Assembly: GCA_038207335.1 (NCBI GenBank)
Contig: JBBQZX010000036.1
Span: 1 to 43,368, forward strand
Direction of reading: 5' to 3'
Source: Chthoniobacterales bacterium
Lineage (GTDB): Bacteria > Verrucomicrobiota > Verrucomicrobiia > Chthoniobacterales > Chthoniobacteraceae
DNA: 43,368 nucleotides
Positions 1 through 8,512 of this stretch are shown here, piece after piece. The notes under the pieces were generated by a model that worked only from the letters and a program-made list of their open reading frames with translations, was not told the origin of the DNA and searched no databases. Within the stretch, counting starts at the first letter, position 1, and every line of letters begins with the position of its first letter. A program made the translations under genes and the position numbers.

Positions 1-50
1 TCTGGGGCATGCTCCATCATCATCAAGACTTTAACCCTCACCTCTTCCAT
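1..50 (-). CDS. 5' end of second integron cassette ORF (MEEVRVKVLMMMEHAP..., runs off the window)
   Basis: ATG at 50, preceded by purine-rich AAGGAGAGGAG, ~50 nt after the attC R' core GTTAGAT (106-100); frame open to the window edge. Confidence 0.5.
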   Translation of the reverse strand, partial: MEEVRVKVLMMMEHAP

Positions 51-99
51 GCCGCTCCTCTCCTTAACTCCTAACTTATCACTTGCCAATCAAGAGAGT

Positions 100-223
100 A
101 TCTAACGACCCCAAGCTCAGCGACTGCGGACGGCGGCGCGGGAGTTGCATGGTAGGTGGAAAGGCGGCGGTGGAAGCAGGTGCCGTGACGCCCGGAGCAG
201 TTCGCTGCAGCGCATGGTTAGGC
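100..223 (-). mobile_element. attC: Integron attC recombination site (124 bp)
   Basis: - strand: R'' GCCTAAC, 5-nt spacer CATGC, L'' GCTGCAGC ... L' GCTGAGC, spacer TTGGGGTC, R' GTTAGAT. L''/L' pair with one extrahelical base; GAACTGC/GCAGTC gives the second bulge. Lies 45 nt downstream of a cassette-type ORF. Confidence 0.9.
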
Positions 224-268
224 CGATTGCGGTTCGTAAAGGTAAAAGGCCACAGTCTCATTGGGATA

Positions 269-616
269 CTAGCCGTGAAAGCATGCATGCTCATCCAGAG
301 ACACTAGAGATAGAAAAGAGTCGAGCGTCGGAACCGTTGGCATTGGTGGATATAAATGCCACTTCAGATCGGCCCGCCGCCAATATACCCGCCACAGTCC
401 GGCCGTTCTGGCATAAGTGGCTTTTGCAAACGGGCGGGCCATCTTCTGCTCTGGCTGGTCCCATCGTGGACGAACCTCATGCAACTCGACGCTTTGACCG
501 GAGATAACGTAGGCGTAGTCGAGTTGCGGACGAATGTGAGCGGGAGGCTGCTCTCTCCGCAGGAACGCTTCAAGAGTAGCTTCTATCCGCTCCATTTCAT
601 TTTTCTGAAACGACAT
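269..616 (-). CDS. DUF3024 family protein (integron gene cassette)
   Basis: PPAHIRPQLD...RPRW...AKATY...WRVYWRRADLKWHLY...DEHACFHG pattern typical of DUF3024; bounded by GTTAGGC upstream and attC downstream. Confidence 0.85.
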   Translation of the reverse strand: MSFQKNEMERIEATLEAFLRREQPPAHIRPQLDYAYVISGQSVELHEVRPRWDQPEQKMARPFAKATYARTAGLWRVYWRRADLKWHLYPPMPTVPTLDSFLSLVSLDEHACFHG

Positions 617-638
617 TGGGAGTATGCGTCTAGCAATG

Positions 639-692
639 GCCTAACTCTGAATTGGACGAAATGGTTTCGCTTTTAAAGGCGGAATGGTTTCG
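639..692 (-). mobile_element. attI-like primary recombination site
   Basis: - strand GTCCAAT-TCAGA-GTTAGGC (7-5-7 simple site, 657-639). The core is the exact complement of the cassette's attC R'' (GCCTAAC). Two direct repeats CGAAACCATT at 692-683 and 669-660. No attC-type stem upstream. Confidence 0.6.
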
Positions 693-819
693 TCTATTTC
701 GGCGGGGGTGGCGGGAGGGCATGGATGGAAGGAGAGCAGGCGGGGCGGTTTGGGGCAAGGAGGAAGCAAGGGGCGGGTGTACTGGGGGGACGAGGGATCA
801 TGTAGCTCCGGAAGGAGGG

Positions 820-882
820 TGGGTGCCTAGGGAGTCAGATCAGGTGCCTCGGGTGCAAGCTCAGGTGCCTAGGGTGCCGGAG
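820..882 (+). repeat. Three imperfect 21-bp tandem repeats (core GGTGCCTMGGG; xVPRxxx heptapeptides)
   Basis: tgggtgcctagggagtcagat / caggtgcctcgggtgcaagct / caggtgcctagggtgccggag. Confidence 0.7.
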
Positions 883-888
883 CACGAT

Positions 889-1224
889 GCGCTCTCGCAG
901 ATCGATACGGGCTCGCCGGGCGTGGGTGGTGGCGACGGGGGTGAAGGTGGCGGCGGGGGCGGGCCGACGGTGCCGGGGGCGGCGACGGTGTCGCTGTCGA
1001 CGGATAGCGGGGGGCAGGTGACGGCGAGGGTGTCGGCGTCAGTGGCGGATACTTTTGAACTGGAGCGCCGGGCGCAGAGCGAGGAGGACGGGGTGCAGGT
1101 GCAGACGGGGGTGGCCCCGGAGCTGGCGGATCACCCGGGGCCGGGGCAGTGGGAGTACCGCACGCGCGGCATCAATGCGCAGGGGCCCGGCGAGTGGAGC
1201 GGGGTGCAGCAGACGAGTGTGTAG
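889..1224 (+). pseudogene. C-terminal remnant of a fibronectin type III-like protein preceded by a Gly-rich linker
   Basis: PTVPGAATVSL...FELERR...WEYRTRGINAQGPGEWS resembles the FN3 YxxRVRAxNxxGxGxWS ending; upstream part of ORF 652-1224 is low-complexity with no credible start. Confidence 0.5.
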
Positions 1225-1230
1225 GGGGGG

Positions 1231-1253
1231 GCAGCCGGGGTCGGCGATCCCGG
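1231..1253 (+). repeat. REP-like palindrome between convergent genes (possible terminator)
   Basis: GCAG-CCGGGGTCG-G-CGATCCCGG hairpin; related fragments at 16175-16188 and 43093-43104. Confidence 0.4.
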
Positions 1254-1264
1254 GGTGCCGTGCC

Positions 1265-1405
1265 TCAGACCTTTTTCACCAGCGCCACGATGAAGGCGAT
1301 GACCGCTAGCACGACGAGGATATGAATGAGGCCGCCCAGGAGATGAAAGCCGAGCCAACCGACAAGCCAGAGGACGAGGAGAACGATAGCGATTGTATAA
1401 AGCAT
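1265..1405 (-). CDS. lmo0937/DUF5670 family small membrane protein (46 aa; not in the ORF track)
   Basis: Manual translation MLYTIAIVLLVLWLVGWLGFHLLGGLIHILVVLAVIAFIVALVKKV*; LWLxG...GGxIHIL is the family signature. Confidence 0.85.
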   Translation of the reverse strand: MLYTIAIVLLVLWLVGWLGFHLLGGLIHILVVLAVIAFIVALVKKV

Positions 1406-1467
1406 GACAACTCATCGGGGCTCCGCTTGCGCCCGGTTGTGCAGGCGCTTTGGAGTCTGCGGCTTCG

Positions 1468-2757
1468 CTATCCCCACAAGCCCTGGAGCTTGTCCTTTTC
1501 CGGGATCATCAGGGGGTAGCGTTTGCTGAAGGGGTGATTTTCGATCCCGGCGAAGGTGCGGAGGGCGTCGTGGATGTGCTCGGGTCGGACGCGGAGGCCT
1601 TTGGCTTTGTCGGGCTCGGAGGCGAGGGTGCGCGGGTCGATGGGGATGAGAAATTGCCCGCCATCGGTGGAGCCGATGACGCGGTTGCCTTTGATCCCGG
1701 CGCCCATGAACATGGCGGAGCCGATCGACCAGTGGTCCTTGCCGTTGCCTTTGTTGTAGTTCGGCGTGCGGCCCATCTCGCTCTGGACGACGATGACGAG
1801 TTTTTCGCGGATTTTCAGCTCCTCGGCGCGGCGCATGACGTAGGCGATGCCCGCGAGGAGTTCGGGGATGAGTTTCATCTGGTCCACGTCGTTGTTCGCA
1901 TGGCTGTCGAACTGCCCGATGGTGAGATTTGCGGAGACGCAGACGCCGGCCTTGAAGGAAACGAGGGCGATTTCGGCCTGTTGCATGAGGCGCTCTTTGG
2001 GCACGTCCTTCGGGATGAGCGGGGTGATGCGCTGCATGGCTTTGGAGTTCACCTGCGCGGCGTAGAGCATGTTTTCCGCGCGCTCCTGCCGCGGGAGTAG
2101 CGGCTGTGTGGCGCGCTGTTCGCGCTCTTCGCCGAGGGCGCGCTCGATGCGCGAGAGTGCGAAGTCGTCGTGGAAAGGGGCGCGCGCATTGCCCTCGGAG
2201 GCGTCGGCATTCGCGAGCTTTACCAGGGAATGCAGGTAGGGCACGCGCGACATTGCGACGAGATTTCCCGTGGCCGAGTAGTTGCCAAAGGTGAGGAACG
2301 ACATCGGGCAGGTCGGGCCTTTGCACGCGGCGACGAGCGCGGCAAATGTGGGGAACTCGAGGCTGTCGAGTTTGCCGGTGGCCATGTAGCGCGAGCCGGG
2401 GCCGTGGTTGTTCACGGAGTAATCGAGGCCGTTGATGGTGAGCAGGTCGCCGCCGAATTCGCCGAAGAACTCCTCGTTGCTCAGGCCGCCGGCCTTGTGC
2501 GCGGCGGTCGGCGCAAATTGGTGCGCGCCTTTCGTCAGGATGTCGCCGTCTTTATAGAGGCGGTTGGTTTCGTTCACGCCCTTGGGGTCCATCAGATAGG
2601 TCGTGTCCCATCCGCCCGAGGCGTTGAAGACGACGTAGAACGGCCCTTCGTACGGCGGCTCTTCTTTCGTCGCCGCCCGCGCGAGCGAGACGAGACCGCC
2701 GGGACACGCGAAGCCGAGTCCGGCCAGGCCGCAGAGTTTTAGAAAGCCGCGTCTCAT
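1468..2757 (-). CDS. DUF1501 domain protein, Tat-type signal
   Basis: MRRGFLK twin-arginine start; ASGGWD, FDSH, SEMGRTP, GKDHW and GAGIKGNRVIGSTD motifs. Confidence 0.8.
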   Translation of the reverse strand: MRRGFLKLCGLAGLGFACPGGLVSLARAATKEEPPYEGPFYVVFNASGGWDTTYLMDPKGVNETNRLYKDGDILTKGAHQFAPTAAHKAGGLSNEEFFGEFGGDLLTINGLDYSVNNHGPGSRYMATGKLDSLEFPTFAALVAACKGPTCPMSFLTFGNYSATGNLVAMSRVPYLHSLVKLANADASEGNARAPFHDDFALSRIERALGEEREQRATQPLLPRQERAENMLYAAQVNSKAMQRITPLIPKDVPKERLMQQAEIALVSFKAGVCVSANLTIGQFDSHANNDVDQMKLIPELLAGIAYVMRRAEELKIREKLVIVVQSEMGRTPNYNKGNGKDHWSIGSAMFMGAGIKGNRVIGSTDGGQFLIPIDPRTLASEPDKAKGLRVRPEHIHDALRTFAGIENHPFSKRYPLMIPEKDKLQGLWG

Positions 2758-5114
2758 TCGTATAAAAACTCGTGCTGGCGCAGTAGATAAGTCACGACGC
2801 CGCGCCAGGCGCGCACCGTGTAGTGCGGATCGGGCACGCGCGCCGGCAGGTCGTGGGCGCAGGTGTAGATCTCGGTGTCCGGCAGCCCCTTGCGCTCCGC
2901 CGCATCGCTCATGATGCCGGCGAAAAGCTGGAACGTGCGCTCGACTTCAGGCGAATCCAGCGCGTCGTCGCGGCCAAGCACCCGCTGATGCAGGTGCGCG
3001 ATGGCATTGCGAATTTGGATGTCCGCTTCGGGCGAGACGCCCGGCAGCACGTCGGGCTCGATCTTTGGAAAAAGCCGGCGCTCGGCGGGCGGGCGGGTGA
3101 AGTCCAGCGCGGTCTGTTTGCACGCGACTTCGTTCGCCAAGATGCGCTGGATCGCGCCCATCACGCCGCTCGGGTCGGCGGCGCGCTCGCTCACTTCCTT
3201 CGAGTCGATGCCGCCGTAGAGGATGTCGAGCTTGTCTTCCGGGTGGTTGAGCTTGCCCCACGGCGCGCCGAAGATCGCGATTACCTTCCGCTCGACCTGC
3301 TCGGGCGAAAGCATCCGCGCGAGCCCGAGATCGTCGAGCTCCGCGCGGCGCTGCGGATTCACGGTCGCGCTCGCGAGGCCGTCGGCGCGGTAGAAATCGG
3401 AGAGCGCCCATTCCTTCAGCACGCTTTTGAAATTGAACCCGCTCGCCGCGAAGTGTGCCGCGATGGTCTCGATTTGTTTCCGCTGCGCCTGATACGCCCG
3501 ACGACGCGCGCTGTAGAGCGGGTCGTCGAAATCCTTCGGCGGCAGCAACGCCTTCCGACCGGTGAGGATGTAGGCCGCGTGCTCGACCATCGCGACGGCG
3601 AAACGCGGGTCTTTCGCAGTGCGCTCGCCGAGCCACTGCAGCGCGCGCCAGCGGTCAGCTTCCGGCAAATTTTCGCCGTCGAATCCCGGCTGAAACATGT
3701 CCTTGAACCAGCCTTCTTTTCGCCGCCCAAACGCGCCGAAGATCTCGCCCGCATTTGCCCAGAAATCCTGAAACAAGCCCGCGACCGGATCGATCGTCTT
3801 GTGGCACACGACACACTCCGAGGCCTGCATCGTCGGAATTTCATACTTCGCCGAAACCGCCGCGGCGTCGCTCACCCGCGCCGCGAGCTCCAGCACGTCG
3901 ATGCCGAGGAAATTTTGGAAATACATCCGCGCGCGGAGGCGGTTCCGGTTCGTCTCCGTCGTCGGATAGCGGCGCAGATATTGGAAGCTGCTCAGAAGGC
4001 CGGCGTGCGGATAGAACCCGGTCGCGGACTCTTGATTGCTAAGGCTTCCGGGGCCGCGCCCGACGAGCGCCTTCAGCTTCACAGGGATGTATTCGAACGG
4101 GTCGTCGGGATTTTTGAACTGAGATTTGATCTCTTCGAAAATCCCGTATCCGCGCGCCGTGAAAGGCGTCACCACGATGTAATCCGCGGTCACGATTTCC
4201 GTGAATGGCCGGTCGTTCCGCACGACGTATTCGATGAATTTCATCGGCTCACCGAGCATCGCCTTGCGGTAGTCGGCGGTGATTTTGTAACGCACCTTTT
4301 CGATCTGCTTGGCGTCTGTGAGACCCTTGAAAAACTCCAAGTCCTTTTTGTAGGTCGTCCAAGTGCGGTCCGGGAAATTCTCGTACCCGAGCGCGGTCTC
4401 GGGCACGTCCTCGTAGCCGGTCGTCAGGAAGATGTCCTCGAAACCTTCGCGGAGCCGGTCGTAAAACGCGTCCTCCCCCATCAGGGCAGCGAGCAGCGCC
4501 GGGAATGCCTTCATCCCATCCCGCGCGACGGCCGCAAATTCAGCATCCTTCGGCAACCGACCGGCCAGCGAGAGCGTCACGCGCCGCAGCAATCGTCGGT
4601 CCCCGAGCATCACGATCCCGTCGAAAAAGGGCGGCGCATTTTTGTCTTCGATCGTCGCGGCAGCGAGCGCGGCGTCCGTTGGCGCATTTACGCGCCGGGC
4701 AAAATCCGCAAGCACCCGGTAGCCCGCCGAGTCCGGCGCGAGCACATCCTTTCCCTCGTGATGCAACTTCCCGATCGCTTTCAAAACGAGGCGGGGCTGC
4801 GCGCCGTCCTTCGCGCGCGACATCCGTGTGAACGCCTCACGATTGCTCCGCATCGCTTCCGCTCGCTCCGCCCCCTGCACTCGCGTCGGATCGAGCAGCA
4901 CGAATTTGCTGTCCTCGGCATCGCCGCCGTCTTTGTGGCACTTGATGCACGAATTTGCGCCGACTTTCGCCCACACCTCCTCCACAAAAAAGTCGTCTGC
5001 CGCCGCACATCCTGAGCCGGAATACGGCTGGGCCTCCCCCGCACGCGCGTCTGCTCGAATGCCCATGCAGACAACGATCAGAATCGAAAGCTGGGAAAAG
5101 ATACGAACAATCAC
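2754..5114 (-). CDS. Secreted c-type cytochrome-like protein of the DUF1588/DUF1592 (PSD) type, partner of DUF1501
   Basis: Signal-peptide-like N-terminus; two CxxCH motifs (CIKCH, CVVCH); LRRVTLSLAGRLP and HAGLL motifs; 4-nt overlap with DUF1501 gene. Confidence 0.7.
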   Translation of the reverse strand: MIVRIFSQLSILIVVCMGIRADARAGEAQPYSGSGCAAADDFFVEEVWAKVGANSCIKCHKDGGDAEDSKFVLLDPTRVQGAERAEAMRSNREAFTRMSRAKDGAQPRLVLKAIGKLHHEGKDVLAPDSAGYRVLADFARRVNAPTDAALAAATIEDKNAPPFFDGIVMLGDRRLLRRVTLSLAGRLPKDAEFAAVARDGMKAFPALLAALMGEDAFYDRLREGFEDIFLTTGYEDVPETALGYENFPDRTWTTYKKDLEFFKGLTDAKQIEKVRYKITADYRKAMLGEPMKFIEYVVRNDRPFTEIVTADYIVVTPFTARGYGIFEEIKSQFKNPDDPFEYIPVKLKALVGRGPGSLSNQESATGFYPHAGLLSSFQYLRRYPTTETNRNRLRARMYFQNFLGIDVLELAARVSDAAAVSAKYEIPTMQASECVVCHKTIDPVAGLFQDFWANAGEIFGAFGRRKEGWFKDMFQPGFDGENLPEADRWRALQWLGERTAKDPRFAVAMVEHAAYILTGRKALLPPKDFDDPLYSARRRAYQAQRKQIETIAAHFAASGFNFKSVLKEWALSDFYRADGLASATVNPQRRAELDDLGLARMLSPEQVERKVIAIFGAPWGKLNHPEDKLDILYGGIDSKEVSERAADPSGVMGAIQRILANEVACKQTALDFTRPPAERRLFPKIEPDVLPGVSPEADIQIRNAIAHLHQRVLGRDDALDSPEVERTFQLFAGIMSDAAERKGLPDTEIYTCAHDLPARVPDPHYTVRAWRGVVTYLLRQHEFLYE

Positions 5115-5358
5115 GGGGGAGGAAAATCGAGCGAAACTGCAGCGAAAGCGAACGCGGTGCTGACTGTTTCGATTCGGTCATGCTGATTTCATTAGAGCCT
5201 GTCACTGAAATCTCCTGCCCAGCGGAAAAATGCGCGCGCTGCCTATCGCGCCGTTGACATCTCGCGGGTCAGTTTCGACTGTTTGCGCGAGCGTCGGCGC
5301 GACCTCACTACATGCGAAACAACACGGCCCGCGGGTTCGATCCCGTTCTCATTTTCCG

Positions 5359-6270
5359 ATGCTGAGCTGCTCGACGTGCTGGAACTCCGGGAGGCACACG
5401 GATGGCGAGGAGATGCTGAAAGAGATCCTCGATCTCGGCTTCGACACCGTCGAGCTCGGGCACGGCATCCGCATCTCGCTCATGGAGGGCGTGCAGAAAA
5501 TGTTCGACGCCGGAAAGGTGAAAATTTCGAGCCTGCACAACTTTTGCCCACTGCCGGTTGAGATTACGCGCGCCTCGCCGGACTGCTATAAATTCTCGTC
5601 CCCCGACGATCGCGAGCGCGAGCGGGCGGTGCGATTTTCACGCCAAACAATCGACTTCGCGGCGCGGCTGGGCGCAAAGTTCGTGGTGCTGCATCTCGGA
5701 CGCACGCCCATCGAGGACTACACCGATCGGCTCATCCGCATGGCGGAAGTCGGGCTCATCAATTCGCGCGGATTCGTCGCGTCGAAGATCGAGTGCGTGC
5801 GCAAACGCGAGGCTCAGGCGGGGCCGTTCGTGCAGCGGGCGAAGGATTGTCTCGCGCGGATTTCCGACCACGCCGCCGAGCGCGGGATCATGCTCGGTGT
5901 CGAGAGCCGACACAGCTACGAGGAGATTCCGAACGAAGAGGAAATGCTCGACGTGATGGATGAATTCAACGTGCCGCACATCGGATACTGGCACGATTTT
6001 GGGCACGTGCAGGTGAAGCACAATCTCGGCTTCCTCGATCACGTCGAGTGGATGACGCAGGTCGCGCCGCGGCTCATCGGCTGCCACCTGCACGACACGG
6101 CGTGGCCGGGCCGCGACCACATGGCTCCCTTTGCTGGCGATGTCGAATACGACAAACTCATCCCTCTGCTCCCGCCCGACACGCTCTTCGTCTTCGAGAT
6201 GAGCCCGCGCCGCACTCGCGAGGAAATCCTCGAAGGGAAGGAAAAGTGGATCGCCCGTTTCGGCGCGTGA
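5359..6270 (+). CDS. Sugar phosphate isomerase/epimerase (xylose isomerase-like TIM barrel)
   Basis: LGFDTVEL, SSLHNF, VVLHLG, GVE, WHDFGH, CHLHD, DHMAP..G, FE metal-binding motifs; start set at MLSCSTCW. Confidence 0.8.
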   Translation: MLSCSTCWNSGRHTDGEEMLKEILDLGFDTVELGHGIRISLMEGVQKMFDAGKVKISSLHNFCPLPVEITRASPDCYKFSSPDDRERERAVRFSRQTIDFAARLGAKFVVLHLGRTPIEDYTDRLIRMAEVGLINSRGFVASKIECVRKREAQAGPFVQRAKDCLARISDHAAERGIMLGVESRHSYEEIPNEEEMLDVMDEFNVPHIGYWHDFGHVQVKHNLGFLDHVEWMTQVAPRLIGCHLHDTAWPGRDHMAPFAGDVEYDKLIPLLPPDTLFVFEMSPRRTREEILEGKEKWIARFGA

Positions 6271-6387
6271 ACCGCGCGGAGTGGAGTTGAAATACGAAGC
6301 CGCGACGGCACCTCCGTGCCTTCGGTTCGTGTTTTTCTGTTTTCCTGCTTCGATCCGCGCCACGTTCCCCGCTCCCCGAATTTCATT

Positions 6388-7437
6388 TTGAAAAAAGCCG
6401 CCCTCACCAGTCTCCAAGTCATCATCACCGTCGGAATCTTGTGGCTCGTTTTTCGCGATGCGGAGAAGCGCCACAAAATGCAGGAGGCGCTCGGAAAGGC
6501 TGATACACTTTGGCTTCTCGCAGGGTTCGGCGCGTATGGCATCGTGGAAATCCTCGCCGGTGTGCGCTGGCAGTTGCTGCTGCTCGTGCAGGGCGTGCGA
6601 CTGAAATGGTCGCGCGTTTTTGGTCTCAGCATGATCGGCATCTTCTTCAATTTCTTCGTCCCCGGCGGCACCGGCGGCGATGTCGTGAAGATCTTCTATC
6701 TCTTGAAAGAAACGCCGGGCAAAGGCCCGCAGGCATTCCTCTCCGTTCTCGTCGATCGCATCATCGGCCTCTTCTCGCTCATGGCGCTTTCCGGCGTCTT
6801 CATCGCGCTGCGCTGGGACTGGCTGATGAGCACTCCGGAGACCTCGCACTACGTCTGGATCGGCCTCGCGATTCTCGGTTTCAGCTTCTTCGGCATCACC
6901 TCATCATTCGCCGCCACCGGATTCGGGCTCATGGGCCGACTGCCCGCGAAGATGCCGGGTCGCGAGAAAATCGCGGAGATGGCGCTCGCGTATAATTCCT
7001 ACGCACGCGCATGGCGCACATCGCTCGCGGCTTTTGCGATCGGGATCGCGGCGCATCTTTGCTACTTCCTGACTTTCTTCTGCGCCGCCAAGGCCTTCGA
7101 GACGGCGGTCACCCGCGTGCCGACTTTCTACGATCTCTGCTCGATTATGCCGATCGTGAACACGATCACCGCGATGCCTGTGAGCTTCGGCGGCGTCGGT
7201 CTGCGTGAGAAATTGATCGAGTCGTTTTTCAATCTCACCCGCACTCCAAATGCCGTGGCCGTGGTCATCTCGCTCGGCGGCTACATCCTCACGCTGTTGT
7301 GGGGGCTCGTCGGCGGAGTACTCTACATTTTCTACCGCCCGAGCGACCACTCGAGGCTCAGCACGATGAAAGCGGAAGTCGCGGAATTCGAACACGAAGT
7401 CGCGGAGGCGGAGATCGCTCTGGAGAAAATGCAATGA
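6388..7437 (+). CDS. Lysylphosphatidylglycerol synthase TM-domain (YbhN-like flippase) membrane protein
   Basis: Multiple TM helices; RWQLLL, FFNFFVPGGTGGDVVK, DRIIG, PVSFGGVGLRE motifs; start (TTG) uncertain. Confidence 0.8.
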   Translation: MKKAALTSLQVIITVGILWLVFRDAEKRHKMQEALGKADTLWLLAGFGAYGIVEILAGVRWQLLLLVQGVRLKWSRVFGLSMIGIFFNFFVPGGTGGDVVKIFYLLKETPGKGPQAFLSVLVDRIIGLFSLMALSGVFIALRWDWLMSTPETSHYVWIGLAILGFSFFGITSSFAATGFGLMGRLPAKMPGREKIAEMALAYNSYARAWRTSLAAFAIGIAAHLCYFLTFFCAAKAFETAVTRVPTFYDLCSIMPIVNTITAMPVSFGGVGLREKLIESFFNLTRTPNAVAVVISLGGYILTLLWGLVGGVLYIFYRPSDHSRLSTMKAEVAEFEHEVAEAEIALEKMQ

Positions 7438-7441
7438 CGCC

Positions 7442-8128
7442 GTGAAACCCACGCGCCCATTCGTCACGGTCAATTTCGCGATGACGTGGGACGGTAAGAT
7501 CTCCACACGCGCGCGCACCCCCGCCGACTTCTCATCGAAGCGCGACAAGCGTCGCCTGCTCGAAATCCGCGCCACCGGCGACGCCGTCCTGGTCGGCGCG
7601 GGCACCGCCGCTGCGGACAATATGTCGATGGGAATGCCCGCCGCCGATCTGCGCGCAAGCCGCATCGACAAAGGCCTCGCGGCCTATCCCCTGCGCGTCT
7701 TGCTCACCAATTCCGGCCGCCTCGATCCCGCGCTGAAAGTCTTCCAGTCGGACGCCTCCCCCATCGTGATTTTCTCCACCGAACTCATGCCACGCCGCAC
7801 GCGTGCCTTGCTCGCGGAGAAAGCCACGCTCCATCTTCACCCGGCACCCGCGGTCGATCTCGGGGCCATGATGTTCACGCTACGGCGCGACTACCACGTG
7901 CGGCGATTGGTCTGCGAAGGCGGGCCCACCGTCTTCCGTTCGCTGCTTGAGGCCGGGCTCGTCGATGAAATCCATCTCACGCTCTGCCCGCGCATCTTCG
8001 GGGGAGCGAAAGCTCCCACCCTCACCGGGCTCGCAGGTCGCTTCCTGCCGCACAGCATCCATTGCGCGCTGCGCGAAATAAAGACCGACGGCGACGAATG
8101 CTTTCTCCGCTACGCAGTCGTAGCGTGA
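7442..8128 (+). CDS. RibD C-terminal / dihydrofolate reductase-fold pyrimidine reductase family protein
   Basis: RPFVTVNFAMTWDGKI, DAVLVGAGT, LVCEGGPT, LVDEIHLTLCPRIFGG. Confidence 0.85.
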   Translation: MKPTRPFVTVNFAMTWDGKISTRARTPADFSSKRDKRRLLEIRATGDAVLVGAGTAAADNMSMGMPAADLRASRIDKGLAAYPLRVLLTNSGRLDPALKVFQSDASPIVIFSTELMPRRTRALLAEKATLHLHPAPAVDLGAMMFTLRRDYHVRRLVCEGGPTVFRSLLEAGLVDEIHLTLCPRIFGGAKAPTLTGLAGRFLPHSIHCALREIKTDGDECFLRYAVVA

Positions 8129-8143
8129 GCGCGCGAGGCACTG

Positions 8144-8389
8144 TTATAGACCGAGGCGCTCGCGGAGACTGCGCTTGTATTCCTGCTCCGAGGCAAGCCA
8201 GACGCCGAGGAGAAGCTCTACCGCGCCGACCGCGCGAGTCATTTGCGGATGGTCGGCGAATTCGTCGATGACATCGCGGCACGACTGAGGGCCGACTTCC
8301 CAGAGCAGGCAGTGGCGGCGGGGATTGATGACAGCCAGGAGGCCGTCGCCGATCAAGAGCATCCCAAAAACATCTAGAAGTTGTTTCAT
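8144..8389 (-). CDS. Small hypothetical membrane protein
   Basis: 81-aa ORF with two hydrophobic segments (GMLLIGDGLLAVINP; AVGAVELLLGVWLA). Confidence 0.65.
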   Translation of the reverse strand: MKQLLDVFGMLLIGDGLLAVINPRRHCLLWEVGPQSCRDVIDEFADHPQMTRAVGAVELLLGVWLASEQEYKRSLRERLGL

Positions 8390-8512
8390 GTAAATGCTTC
8401 GTCCGATGCACCCCATCAGGATGCCTTTCGCGCCGATGATGAATTCATGACAGCCAGCGGCCCCGACCTGTGCGAATGTCCAAATGCAGTTAAACCCAAA
8501 ACAAACTCACCC

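Noticed and set aside
79..294. 71-aa ORF containing NHALQRT...SLSLGSL
   Set aside because: This is the translation of the attC site itself, not a protein
820..882. CRISPR array
   Set aside because: Repeats are contiguous 21-mers with no spacers, and there are no cas genes
2823..5015. 730-aa + strand ORF and many other long overlapping ORFs (e.g. 27321-28493, 29638-30810, 36240-37463)
   Set aside because: Antisense shadows of well-supported genes in high-GC DNA; no motifs of their own
5254..5285. Sigma70 promoter (TTGACA)
   Set aside because: Perfect -35 but no convincing -10 at the proper spacing
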